From positions 1-59,013 of the forward strand of contig JAZQWS010000180.1 in assembly GCA_045632465.1 (NCBI GenBank): DNA of 59,013 bases. The letters are read 5' to 3'. Shown here one piece after another: positions 1-9,427 of the stretch. The first letter of the stretch is position 1. Every line of letters begins with the position of its first letter. The notes beneath the pieces are model-generated. The model had not been told where the DNA came from. It worked only from the letters and a program-made list of their open reading frames with translations, and did not search any database. Origin of the DNA: Eubacteriales bacterium. GTDB taxonomy: Bacteria; Bacillota; Clostridia; Oscillospirales; CAG-272. A program made the translations under genes and the position numbers.

Positions 1-719
1 GGGCCGGCGTTACCCCCGTTGTTCCCGAGGATGCAACCATCACGCTGAACAACTCGGTTTTCGGCCAGCTGATCAAAATGAAGCCGGGCGAAAGCGCCTC
101 GCAATACGGCAAGGTGGACACCACGCCGGATATTTCGCAGGACATTGCGGAGGCCTCCCGCCTTTACGATCAGGCCAAGCGCATTCTCGGAATTTCGGAT
201 GCGCTCGTTGGCATTGACAATTCACGCAACGAATCCGGCTATGCAAGACAGCTTCAGATCGCACAGGCATCCGGCAGACTTGAATCCAAGCGAAAGATGA
301 AATACGCGGCTTACGCAGATCTCGATCGCTTGATTTTTGAATACCATCTCGCCTTTGCGGACGAGCCGCGGCAGATCTCCTATCGCGATGCCTTCGGCCG
401 CATGCACAACGCGACCTTCAACCGCTACGATTTCATTTCCTACGATGAAACCACGGGAAGCTTCTATTACGATGACGATTATCTCTTCTCCGTGGATCTG
501 AACGGCGGCGCGGAGGCACAGCGCGAAATGCTTTGGGAGAAGAATCTTCAGAATCTGCAGAGCGGCGCCCTCGGCGATCCCGCAAAAAACGTGACGCTTC
601 TTCGCTACTGGCAATGCCAGGAGCGCGCGCATTATCCTTACGCCCGCGAAAACGTGGAGTATTTCCAAAGCGCCGTGCGCGAGGAGCTTGAAGCACCGAT
701 GCAGGAGGTGATCGGATGA
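1..719 (+). CDS. phage portal protein, C-terminal fragment (5' end outside window)
   Basis: Frame 3 is open from nt 3 with no stop before the listed ATG at 78, so the gene enters from upstream. It lies directly upstream of scaffold-like and capsid-like genes. Its stop overlaps the next start (ATGA at 716). The family call is by eye and by position only. Confidence 0.55.
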   Translation, partial: AGVTPVVPEDATITLNNSVFGQLIKMKPGESASQYGKVDTTPDISQDIAEASRLYDQAKRILGISDALVGIDNSRNESGYARQLQIAQASGRLESKRKMKYAAYADLDRLIFEYHLAFADEPRQISYRDAFGRMHNATFNRYDFISYDETTGSFYYDDDYLFSVDLNGGAEAQREMLWEKNLQNLQSGALGDPAKNVTLLRYWQCQERAHYPYARENVEYFQSAVREELEAPMQEVIG

Positions 720-1372
720 CGACGTTTTTGAATAAAAAGAAGCGTGAAAACGATCCCAAGGGCTTCGCCGCTTGGATGCGACAAAGCGGAACGCAGATGC
801 AAAACAGCATAACGCCCGACGATGCCGCCGCTACAAGGGCAAGAAGCGCCCCCACACACGGCGTTCATGCGGAAAAGCTTTACGAAAAAGGGCTCTCATC
901 CAGCGGATATGCAAGCTTTCTGGCAGATGAGGCGGAACGCGCCTTCAAGAGTTCAAAGCAAAAATACGAGCAGGACAGCGCCTCCGCGCTTGAAAAGAAT
1001 CTTTCCGGCTATGCAAGGTATCTGACCTCACACGAGGAGGGGCAGGCTTCCCTGCGCAAGCAGATGATCGACCGCATCGGAAGCGGCGAAAGCTTTGACA
1101 CCGAGACCGCCTACCAAATCGCGCTTTCTGCGGGATTGACCGACGAAAACGCAAGAGTAGCCGCATCCCTCGGCGTTACCGCCGCAAAGGAAAGGGCTTC
1201 CTCACGCCTGCTGGAAATGATCCTGGATCAAAGGCTGAAGGAGAGCCGCGTTGTGGAATACGCACGCAGCATGGGCTTCACCGAAGAGGAGGTTGAAAAA
1301 TTCGGCGCTTACGCCAAGCAGATCAACTCCTCAAAGAACGCCTCCTCCTTCCCCGACAATTTCTTTAACTAA
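716..1372 (+). CDS. phage head-associated protein, function unknown
   Basis: 218-aa ORF with AGGAGG 8 nt upstream of the ATG. It is translationally coupled to the portal gene and sits in the slot where minor head proteins usually lie. No motif recognised. Confidence 0.5.
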   Translation: MTTFLNKKKRENDPKGFAAWMRQSGTQMQNSITPDDAAATRARSAPTHGVHAEKLYEKGLSSSGYASFLADEAERAFKSSKQKYEQDSASALEKNLSGYARYLTSHEEGQASLRKQMIDRIGSGESFDTETAYQIALSAGLTDENARVAASLGVTAAKERASSRLLEMILDQRLKESRVVEYARSMGFTEEEVEKFGAYAKQINSSKNASSFPDNFFN

Positions 1373-1394
1373 TATTTTAACGAAAGGAAAATCT

Positions 1395-1544
1395 ATGAAC
1401 AACGTAAAATTTTCTCCCTACGCCACCAATAAGGGCGGCAAGATCAGCGCTCCGAAAAACACGAGCGCAGGCGAGCCCCGCGCGACCAAGACCGTCGGAA
1501 ATGATCTGCGCGCCAAGGGCAATACCAAAGGAAAGAAGGGATGA
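1395..1544 (+). CDS. very basic 49-aa phage protein
   Basis: Internal ATG of the 1251..1544 ORF, preceded by AAAGGAAAA. It has 11 K/R against 2 D/E in 49 residues. Its stop overlaps the next start (ATGA at 1541). Confidence 0.45.
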   Translation: MNNVKFSPYATNKGGKISAPKNTSAGEPRATKTVGNDLRAKGNTKGKKG

Positions 1545-2035
1545 TGATGGAGGAGACGATGATGGAAAACGAAGCCACCACCGAGCCCGATCTCACCACA
1601 GAGGAGGCAGAAGCAAACGGCCCCGATGCAGATTCTGCCACCGTGGCGAATACACCCGCAGAGGATGCCTCCGAGGAAACCGAAAATGACGAGGATGCCG
1701 TGGATTACGCGGCGCTTGCTGCTGAGGATCTTGCCGATCTCAAGGCGCAGTTTCCTGCGCTGAAATCCCTGTCCTCTCTTGCCGCGCTCTCCAATCCCGT
1801 GCGCTACGCAGAGCTTCGCGAAATGGGGCTCTCCCCCAAGGAGGCCTATCTCGCCATTGGCGGAACTGCACGAAGAAAAAGCGACAACCGCGCGCATCTT
1901 TTAAGCGCAGTTCCCCGTGCGAGCGCGCTTGCAAACGGTCTTCCCTCAAACGCCGAAATGGCAGAGGCACGCCGTCTTTTTTCAAATCTGAGCGATGCGC
2001 AAATCCATCGCTTATACAAGAAAGTTACGAACTAA
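1541..2035 (+). CDS. phage scaffolding-like protein (acidic N-terminus)
   Basis: 164 aa. There is no Lys/Arg before the 'DLADLK' segment, and the N-terminus is Asp/Glu/Thr-rich. The C-terminal half looks helical. It lies immediately upstream of the capsid gene. Confidence 0.5.
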   Translation: MMMEETMMENEATTEPDLTTEEAEANGPDADSATVANTPAEDASEETENDEDAVDYAALAAEDLADLKAQFPALKSLSSLAALSNPVRYAELREMGLSPKEAYLAIGGTARRKSDNRAHLLSAVPRASALANGLPSNAEMAEARRLFSNLSDAQIHRLYKKVTN

Positions 2036-2055
2036 AGAAAGGAAAAGTCCAATAA

Positions 2056-3090
2056 ATGTCTACTATTATTTACTCCAAGTCGGCCGGCAATAACAATGCC
2101 GCCATCGGAAAGCTGGAAACGCCCATCAAGATGGTGATCGAGCATGAGAGCGACGTGCTCACCAAGAAGGGAGGCATCCGCGATTGGCTCTTCAACGTTG
2201 AGACCAGCGCGCGCTTTGGCGAAACCATTGTTGGCCAGAACGAATTCGACGTCTTTGCCGCTACGCCCGAGGGCAACGGCGCACCTCTCGATACCATTTC
2301 TGAAACCTACCGCAAGTTCATCGAGCACATTCAGTTCATGAAGGAGTTCGTGATCACCGCGGAAATGATGGAGGATGCGGGCTACGGTGTTGCCGCAGAC
2401 GCGAAGAGACGCGCAGAAAACTTCACGCGCGCCTACTACAAGACGATGCACAAGATCTGCGAATACGCGCTCGCCAACGGCACTTCCACGAGCGGCAGCT
2501 TTGCAGGCGCCTCTCTTGACCTCTCCGCGCCCGACAATCTTCCCCTCTTCTCCTCGAACCACACCTACGGCACGAACGCCGCCAAGCAGTCCAACTTCTA
2601 CTACGGCAACATTTTCAGCGGCGGCGCATCGAACTTTGAAGAGGCGCTTTCCGAGCTTGCCGTTAAGCTTCGCACGATGAAGGATGAAAACGGCGAGGCT
2701 CTCGGCTACACCGCCGACACGCTGATCCTTCCCGGCAACCGCCCTGCGGCAGAAATGATCGCCAAGAAGGTTTGCGGCTCGGAGGGCGCACTCGGCAACG
2801 GCTATAACGATATCAACCTCCAGTTCGGCAACTGGAGCATCGTGATCCTTCCCAACTGGCAGACTGCAGACGATCGCCTGATGATCATGTCGAGCGAGGC
2901 CAACAAGAACCTCTCCGGCAATATGTTTTTCAATCGCGTTCCTCTTTCGGTTTCCAACTGGGTGGATCACCACACCGGCAATTATCTCTGGGCAGGTCGC
3001 TGCCGCTTCGGCGTTGGCTTCGGCAACTATAAGCACATTCTGCTGGCTGTGGATTCTACCTCTGCGGTAGAGGGCGCAACGGCGCTCTGA
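2056..3090 (+). CDS. major capsid protein (HK97-fold type inferred)
   Basis: 344 aa in the canonical position after the scaffold gene. Size and composition are typical of tailed-phage major capsid proteins. Not verified by alignment. Confidence 0.6.
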   Translation: MSTIIYSKSAGNNNAAIGKLETPIKMVIEHESDVLTKKGGIRDWLFNVETSARFGETIVGQNEFDVFAATPEGNGAPLDTISETYRKFIEHIQFMKEFVITAEMMEDAGYGVAADAKRRAENFTRAYYKTMHKICEYALANGTSTSGSFAGASLDLSAPDNLPLFSSNHTYGTNAAKQSNFYYGNIFSGGASNFEEALSELAVKLRTMKDENGEALGYTADTLILPGNRPAAEMIAKKVCGSEGALGNGYNDINLQFGNWSIVILPNWQTADDRLMIMSSEANKNLSGNMFFNRVPLSVSNWVDHHTGNYLWAGRCRFGVGFGNYKHILLAVDSTSAVEGATAL

Positions 3091-3094
3091 TGCC

Positions 3095-3940
3095 ATGACC
3101 TACAGGGAACTGACCGAGGAGGTGGCGGCACTCGGCTTTGAGAGCGAGATTGAAAACCGATCTGCCCTTATCTTCTGTGCCAATCGCGCGCTCAGAAGCA
3201 TTGCCGCCCTCTCCCCCTCCTTCAAGCGGATCACGTTTTATCAGCGCGTGATCCGCCCCATCTCTGTGATCGGCGAGATCTGCTACACGCCTGCCGAAAA
3301 GGAGATCGCCGTTCCGCTGAAGGGCGCCGCCTTCAGCCTGAAATTCTCCGGCACGGGAACGCTGACGCTGAAGGAGCGCCACAGAGTTACCCCGTTTTCC
3401 CTGAACAGCTCCTACACACAGCTTCGCCGCTATCTGCCGTCCGGCGAGGGAGAGCTGATCCTATCGGGTCAAACCACGTTCAAGCTCATGGACGTTGCCT
3501 GCTTTGAATTCGCAAACGGACTTTCCGAGGCGGATATCCCGATGATCCAGCCCTTCCGCGCTTACACCATCCCCTCGATGGTGGAGGATTTCTACGGTTT
3601 TTCAGGCCTGCCGACGGATGAAAACGGCGCTCTGATCGCGGGCGCTTATTTCAGGGACGACACGCTTTATATCCCGGGCGATTACGAGGGCGAGATCCAT
3701 CTCACCTATCGGCGCGTACCGGGCGAGATTTTGGCCGATGCGCCAAACGCAAAAATTGATCTTTCACCCGCGCTTGTGCATCTTTTGCCGCTTCTGACCG
3801 CCGCCTATCTTTGGCTGGATGACGATGCCTCCAAAGCACAATTCTATATGCAGATGTACATGGAGGGAATGCGCGACGTGCGCATGAGCCGCCAATCCGG
3901 TGCGGAAGCGCAGATCACAGACACCCATAACTGGGCATAA
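3095..3940 (+). CDS. phage head-tail adaptor-like protein (hypothetical)
   Basis: 281 aa, only 4 nt after the capsid stop. Its position matches the adaptor / tubular-A slot of podovirus modules. There is no strong SD, so translational coupling is likely. Confidence 0.35.
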   Translation: MTYRELTEEVAALGFESEIENRSALIFCANRALRSIAALSPSFKRITFYQRVIRPISVIGEICYTPAEKEIAVPLKGAAFSLKFSGTGTLTLKERHRVTPFSLNSSYTQLRRYLPSGEGELILSGQTTFKLMDVACFEFANGLSEADIPMIQPFRAYTIPSMVEDFYGFSGLPTDENGALIAGAYFRDDTLYIPGDYEGEIHLTYRRVPGEILADAPNAKIDLSPALVHLLPLLTAAYLWLDDDASKAQFYMQMYMEGMRDVRMSRQSGAEAQITDTHNWA

Positions 3941-3948
3941 GGAGGAGC

Positions 3949-6663
3949 ATGAACAACCAAAAAAATCTCATACGAAGCGAAAGCCAATACAATCGCCATT
4001 ACAGCAATATGCGCGGCGTTGATTTCACGGGAGACGGCAGCAACATTCAAAGCGATCGCTTTGCCTACCTTGAAAACATGTATCGCGACTACGAAGGTGA
4101 GGGAGCGGGCATCACCGAGAGCATTCCCGGCTTTCGGAAGCTCTGCTCTCTCGGCGATCCGATCTACGGCATCTTTTCGCAGATCACGCCGAGCGGCCGC
4201 TACATCCTCGTGCACGCAGGCTACCACCTCTATCGCTTTGCATTAAATGCGAGAGATTCGCTCACCGAGCCGCTCACTCCGATCGGCACGCTTTTTCCCG
4301 GAGATACCGCATCCTTTTGCCATGGAAGCTCCATTTATTTTCTGGACGGACAAAGCTTGCATTTCGTGGATGCCGCGGGAAAAATGACCTCCATTACGGG
4401 ATATAAGCAAAAAGAAGTTTACATTCCGACCACATTTTACAACGGAGAGCCGATGGAGCAGCGAAACCTTCTCTCCATTGGATTCAAGGAAATATACAGC
4501 CTTGAGAACCCCTTACGCCTCGCCTACACCTCCGAGGGACTCTACTATGAGGTGGAGAGCGAAATGAATCTGACCTGCCGACTGGCAGGTCGAGGAAGCT
4601 GCCAAGATACGGCGATCTACGTGCCGCAAAAGGTTACCATCGGGCAGGCGACCTATACCGTATGCGCCATTGGCGCAAGAGCCTTCATGAACGATCCAAC
4701 GCTTCAGAAAATGATTCTCCCGAGCGGTGTGCAATGGATCGGAGCCTCCGCCTTTGCAGGATGCGACGCGCTGAAATCCGTCGCTCTTGCCCCCGGAATT
4801 GAAGAGATCGAGGGGAGCGCCTTTGCCTCGTGCGCGGCGCTTGAGACACTTTATCTTCACACCGGCGTTCAGTCCATCGAAGAATCTGCATTCAGCGGAT
4901 GCACGGCGCTGAAGAGCATCCATATTGACGGCGCGGAGGAGGATCTTTCCGCCGCCGTGCTCAACGCACTTCCCCAAGGCGCGACCATGCTCTACAAGTC
5001 GCAATTCAAGGAAAGCCTTTTGCACCTTCCTCTGCACGAGCCAACAGCCACGATAACAAAATTCCGCATTGGCGAAGACACCGCCTCCTACACAACTGTC
5101 CGAGACGGCGATCGCATCACGGCGCTTCGGCTTCCTCTTGCCGACTATACCTCTGTGATCGGCAAGGAGGCGGTGATCGAGGCGGAGATGATCGACAACG
5201 TTGGATACAAAAGCAACGTTGGCTCGGATTTTCTTTATGAAAACCCGAATCATCCCGGCGGCGGCGTTACCGCAATCTTCGGATGCAAGGTTTGCGAGGT
5301 ATTTGACGGGCGCGTTTTTCTCGCAGGAAATCCGGATTTTCCAAACACGGTTTTCTATTCCGCAAGAGATAACACGGGACAGATGAACCCCACGTATTTC
5401 GGAAGCCTGAACTATTTCAACGACGGCATTGCGGGCTTCACCGTTAAATCCCTTCTGGCGGCGGGCGATTCCCTTGCCGTTTTTAAGAGCGGAGACGATG
5501 GCGGCGGAAGTATTTATTACCACACCCCCGAGGCAACCGATTCCTCGCTTCTTCCCAAGATCTATCCCGTGAGCTACGTGCATTCGGGCATGTCTGCCAC
5601 GGCGGGATCTCTTTCCTTTTACGACGATCCCGTTTTTGTTTGCGAGGAGGGGCTCTGCGCGCTGGATAAGAAAAATCTTGCGCTGGAAAGAAGCGTGATC
5701 TGCCGCTCCCACACGGTGAATGCACGCCTGCTCACAGAGGATATGACGCGCGTGCGTTTGGCAAAATGGCGCAACTACCTCGTTTTGCTTGCAGGAGAGC
5801 ACGCCTATCTCGCAGATGCACATCAGACCTACGCGCATCACACGGGCGGCTTTGCCTACGAATGGTATTACCTCTGCGGACTCGGAACATACAAGGACGA
5901 TGCGCCCGTGTATCGCTACGGCTCCGTGCCGCGCGAGGGCTTTATGCTCTACGAGGGACATTACGACGAGCCTACCGCCGAGACCGTTTACAGCATGGCT
6001 TACGATGACGGCGAGACGGTTTACTACGTTATCAAGAACAATGCTATGTATCTCGTTTATCCCTCGGAGGAACGAATGGGCGGCATTTTCTCGCCTGCAC
6101 GATGCGTGATGGGGCTGGAGGAATATCTCTTTTTCGGCACGGAAAGCGGCGACCTCTGCCTTTTTAACAATGACAAGCGCGGCATCGCGCCCGCACAGCT
6201 CACGGAAAGCGACGATTTTGATCCCGAGGAATATCGCCTGCGAAATGGGCGCCGCATCCATTCGGACTATTACGATTTCGACCATCACGCCCCGCGCTAC
6301 GCCCTTGCTACCAAGCGGGACAACTGCGACATTCCGCATCTGACGAAAAACACCGTGAAGGGCTCGCTGGCACTCAAATGCCGCGGCTATACCGCCTCGG
6401 CTCTGCTCCTGGAGGTTGGAACCGATCGCTCGGGTTACCGAGAGGGTGTTTCGCTCCCCGGCTCCACCTTCGGCTTTGACTCGATGGACTTCACGGCCAT
6501 GACCTTGGATAACTCGCCTTATTTCACTCTCTCCTTCAAGGAAAAGGAGAAATGCTGGATCGAAAAGCAGGTTGCCATGTATAGCGAGACCTTCCGCGGT
6601 CCATTTGGTCTTTACAGCGTCAGCTACCGCTATACCGTGCAGGGCGGCATCAAAAATCGCTAA
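3949..6663 (+). CDS. large virion tail/nozzle-like protein with inserted BspA-type leucine-rich repeats
   Basis: 904 aa with TAAGGAGGAGC upstream of the ATG. Four or more ~23-aa repeats of the form 'I..AF..C..L..' occur (IGARAFMNDPTLQKM, IGASAFAGCDALKSV, IEGSAFASCAALETL, IEESAFSGCTALKSI). The flanks are rich in aromatic/Gly beta-strand-like segments. Confidence 0.55.
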   Translation: MNNQKNLIRSESQYNRHYSNMRGVDFTGDGSNIQSDRFAYLENMYRDYEGEGAGITESIPGFRKLCSLGDPIYGIFSQITPSGRYILVHAGYHLYRFALNARDSLTEPLTPIGTLFPGDTASFCHGSSIYFLDGQSLHFVDAAGKMTSITGYKQKEVYIPTTFYNGEPMEQRNLLSIGFKEIYSLENPLRLAYTSEGLYYEVESEMNLTCRLAGRGSCQDTAIYVPQKVTIGQATYTVCAIGARAFMNDPTLQKMILPSGVQWIGASAFAGCDALKSVALAPGIEEIEGSAFASCAALETLYLHTGVQSIEESAFSGCTALKSIHIDGAEEDLSAAVLNALPQGATMLYKSQFKESLLHLPLHEPTATITKFRIGEDTASYTTVRDGDRITALRLPLADYTSVIGKEAVIEAEMIDNVGYKSNVGSDFLYENPNHPGGGVTAIFGCKVCEVFDGRVFLAGNPDFPNTVFYSARDNTGQMNPTYFGSLNYFNDGIAGFTVKSLLAAGDSLAVFKSGDDGGGSIYYHTPEATDSSLLPKIYPVSYVHSGMSATAGSLSFYDDPVFVCEEGLCALDKKNLALERSVICRSHTVNARLLTEDMTRVRLAKWRNYLVLLAGEHAYLADAHQTYAHHTGGFAYEWYYLCGLGTYKDDAPVYRYGSVPREGFMLYEGHYDEPTAETVYSMAYDDGETVYYVIKNNAMYLVYPSEERMGGIFSPARCVMGLEEYLFFGTESGDLCLFNNDKRGIAPAQLTESDDFDPEEYRLRNGRRIHSDYYDFDHHAPRYALATKRDNCDIPHLTKNTVKGSLALKCRGYTASALLLEVGTDRSGYREGVSLPGSTFGFDSMDFTAMTLDNSPYFTLSFKEKEKCWIEKQVAMYSETFRGPFGLYSVSYRYTVQGGIKNR

Positions 6664-6684
6664 ATAACGAAACGGAGACACACA

Positions 6685-7119
6685 ATGAATACCAAACCCA
6701 TTCTGGAAAGCGAATACGCCTCCTTGCGCGTATCCGCGCTTCCCTCCCGCCCCACCGCCTCCTCTGCCTTTGGAGGCAAGGGCTACACCGCATCCCAGCT
6801 CAAGGAGGCCTTTGATCGCCTGCCCCTGCTTCTCGTTGCACGATTCAACTCTCTGATCGAGGACATCGGCGGCACAGGCGCGGGCTCTCTTGCCGATTCC
6901 CTGCCCACGGGAATTGAAAACGGACACACGCTGGCAAGATTTTTCGAGGACGTGGAAAGCGGAACGCTCGCCACCTATTTGCAGGTGGGAGAGCAATCGC
7001 TTTTTGCGCATCTCACCGAGATCCGCCGCGCGCTGGACGATCTTGCGGATCAGGGCGGCGCTTCCCCCGGCGCACCTTCCACCAATATGGACGGCGGCCA
7101 TCCGAGCGAACGCACCTAA
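6685..7119 (+). CDS. phage virion protein, function unknown
   Basis: 144-aa ORF with ACGGAGA as SD, in the same operon as the tail genes. Confidence 0.45.
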   Translation: MNTKPILESEYASLRVSALPSRPTASSAFGGKGYTASQLKEAFDRLPLLLVARFNSLIEDIGGTGAGSLADSLPTGIENGHTLARFFEDVESGTLATYLQVGEQSLFAHLTEIRRALDDLADQGGASPGAPSTNMDGGHPSERT

Positions 7120-7137
7120 CAAAAATCAGGAGGTTTT

Positions 7138-7623
7138 ATGCCAAACATTATCCAACATTTAAGAGCCGACCGAGAAGGCTGGGCTCAAAACGATATCATC
7201 CCAAAGGACGGCGAACTCGCACTTCTGAAAACCGAGGACGGCGGGATGCTGATCAAGATCGGCGATGGAGAACACTGCTTCTCCGAGCTTTCTTCTCTCA
7301 CGGGGGAGGTGAGCAACAAGAGCGGCGAGATCCTCATTCTTCGCCATGGCGAGGAGGCGCGCTACGGATTGCTCCCTCTGCTTTATATGACCTTTCCGCA
7401 AAGCATACGGGAGGATTTTTACGCTTCCGTCAGCTTCGATTCTCCGAGCGGCTTGGTTCCCACCTCGTTCGTTTATCCGGCAACGCCAAAGATCTATTTC
7501 AGCGGCGATGACGTAATTGACGGCGTTTTTGTTCCCGATGCTGCCAAGCATTACTCGCTCTTCTTCTGGTACGACGGAAGAATGCAGGGACTCGTCAGGA
7601 GGGTGGACCTTGAAACGATTTAA
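7138..7623 (+). CDS. tail-fibre protein with Mtd/hyaluronidase-type N-terminal domain
   Basis: AGGAGG SD. The N-terminus 'LRADREGWAQNDIIPKDGELALLKTEDGGMLIKIGDGEHCFSEL' fits the R..W...N.i...GE.......K.GDG....eL signature of phage fibre N-terminal domains. Confidence 0.5.
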   Translation: MPNIIQHLRADREGWAQNDIIPKDGELALLKTEDGGMLIKIGDGEHCFSELSSLTGEVSNKSGEILILRHGEEARYGLLPLLYMTFPQSIREDFYASVSFDSPSGLVPTSFVYPATPKIYFSGDDVIDGVFVPDAAKHYSLFFWYDGRMQGLVRRVDLETI

Positions 7624-8779
7624 GCTACGCACCATGCAGAGCAAAACGCCCGTTCTTTATACCAAAAGCCTGGATCGCGGCTACGGCATTGATCTTGCGG
7701 CCGCGGGAGGACTGAAAAAGATCGGAATCCACGGCGCTTCCTCCTCCGCCGCGCTCAGCAGCGGCCCTACGAAGCTTTCGCACCTCGGAGACTTAAACGC
7801 GGAAGGAAGCTACGAAATCCCCGTGCATTGCCATGGGGAAAACATTCTTGGAGGCGAAGAGCTTGCAGAATATGTTTTGAAGGCTGCCGAGGCAAGCGAT
7901 TACATAAACGCAAACGTGAACGTCAACAACATCCTGTCATTCACGTCAAGATCAAACAAAACGCTTCTTCCGACAGGACGGCTTCGCGGCGCAGAAAATG
8001 AAATTTTTACGATTATGTTTAAATTCTCCGCGCCCGAAAACGCGGGAGGAACCTTAACGACCACGGGCCTTGTATACCTTTATAATTCCGGAAACCAGGC
8101 AATCACATACAGCGGAAGCTACGACGGCAGTACCGCACAGGTTGTCCGCGCAAGCAACGCAACGCGCCAGCTCTTGAACCTGAACATATCCACAACGTCG
8201 CAAAAGCTCCGAACGATAGATCTTTCCACATTCGGAATTTTTCGCGGAACCGTTGGCGTGACGGATTTTGCGCCGTATTGGGGAGAAAAGATTTCCTTTT
8301 TTCTCACCGAGCCTCTGCGATGCTTTGGCGACACAGCGGACGTTGCTTACCCGATGCAGGGCTACGCCGTCCGCAAAATCCGCTCCATGGCATTCACGCC
8401 GACGAGCGCTGAGGCCGTTCAACTCGGTTCGGACTTTCCTACGTACAGAATCATGCTCCCCGAGGCGCTTTGGGAAAAGGAATTGCGCCCGGATCACTTC
8501 ACGCCCGCGGAAAGTGAGAACGCTCTGATCGCCGCCGCATTCGGCTATATGCGAGCATCCGATGGAAAATCCTTGCTCTTCACCGCAAGCGAAAGCTACA
8601 GCACGCCCGCATCCTTTTTGAATTTTTTCAATTCACTTGGGATACATCTCGAATACAAGGCCAAAGATCCCGTGACCGAGCGCTTTGCGCCGATCTCCCT
8701 TGCCACGAGAGCCGGGCGCAACTACATCGATCTGATGCCCGCTACCACCCCCGGCACCATTGAATTCACGTACACATAA
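7610..8779 (+). CDS. putative receptor-binding / tail-fibre distal protein
   Basis: The ORF track starts at 7517, inside the previous gene. AGGAGG (7598-7603) lies 6 nt before an in-frame TTG at 7610. ATG 7634 is an alternative start but has no SD. The start is therefore uncertain. Confidence 0.4.
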   Translation: MKRFKLRTMQSKTPVLYTKSLDRGYGIDLAAAGGLKKIGIHGASSSAALSSGPTKLSHLGDLNAEGSYEIPVHCHGENILGGEELAEYVLKAAEASDYINANVNVNNILSFTSRSNKTLLPTGRLRGAENEIFTIMFKFSAPENAGGTLTTTGLVYLYNSGNQAITYSGSYDGSTAQVVRASNATRQLLNLNISTTSQKLRTIDLSTFGIFRGTVGVTDFAPYWGEKISFFLTEPLRCFGDTADVAYPMQGYAVRKIRSMAFTPTSAEAVQLGSDFPTYRIMLPEALWEKELRPDHFTPAESENALIAAAFGYMRASDGKSLLFTASESYSTPASFLNFFNSLGIHLEYKAKDPVTERFAPISLATRAGRNYIDLMPATTPGTIEFTYT

Positions 8780-8788
8780 GGAGGTTTT

Positions 8789-9022
8789 ATGTACGCAAAA
8801 AGAATTGACGAGAGCAACATTCACTGCCTAAGCCGCCCCTATCTGATTATGGACGGAAAAATTTTCACCAACCCCTCCGAGGAGCAGCTTCGTCTCGCAG
8901 GCTATAAGCCCTTGGTGGAGCGCCCCTGCCCTCCCGAAATCGAGCGCGCTTACACGATCTACTACGAGGAGGACGAAAACTACGTTTATCTTTGCTATCG
9001 CGGAGAGGAGGAGATCGGATGA
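8789..9022 (+). CDS. small phage protein, function unknown
   Basis: 77 aa with TAAGGAGG as SD, located downstream of the fibre genes. Confidence 0.5.
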   Translation: MYAKRIDESNIHCLSRPYLIMDGKIFTNPSEEQLRLAGYKPLVERPCPPEIERAYTIYYEEDENYVYLCYRGEEEIG

Positions 9023-9414
9023 AGCGATTTATTTTTCGCATGATCGGCACACGCGCGATTTTGTTGGAGGGTGACAGCGTGCCGACCGACCGCGCATATC
9101 TTTCCCTTGAGGGGGGCGCAGAGGGCTCGCTCATCCTGGGCGGAAAGCATTTTTCGCTCGAAAAAGAGGGCGCACTTCTCTCTGCGGAGGCATTCACCTG
9201 CGGCATTTACACGCCCACCTTCTTCGTGGAGGGCAAGCGCTACGAAGGTCCGCCCATTTCCGTTGGCGGCGGCTATTTTTCCTTCCTCCCTCCAACCCAC
9301 GCGCAGGTCAGCCGCTTAGAGCAACGCCTGCAATTGCTGGAGGCTTCGCATGCGGAGCTCACAAAGCGCATTTGCAGGATCGAAAGCCACCTGCAGGACA
9401 CCAATATTTTTTAA
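9019..9414 (+). CDS. phage protein with C-terminal coiled coil
   Basis: Internal ATG preceded by GGAGGAG, overlapping the previous stop (ATGA). The C-terminus 'RLEQRLQLLEASHAELTKRICRIESHLQ' is heptad-like. Confidence 0.5.
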   Translation: MKRFIFRMIGTRAILLEGDSVPTDRAYLSLEGGAEGSLILGGKHFSLEKEGALLSAEAFTCGIYTPTFFVEGKRYEGPPISVGGGYFSFLPPTHAQVSRLEQRLQLLEASHAELTKRICRIESHLQDTNIF

Positions 9415-9427
9415 GAAAGGATCACGC

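Noticed and set aside
4513-7122. 869-aa minus-strand ORF opposite the 904-aa phage protein
   Set aside because: It is an antisense shadow ORF. The plus-strand genes have strong SDs, operon coupling and a recognisable LRR module, and the minus frame has none of these.
7138-8779. Diversity-generating retroelement associated with the Mtd-like fibre domain
   Set aside because: No reverse transcriptase gene and no template/variable repeat pair could be found anywhere in the window.
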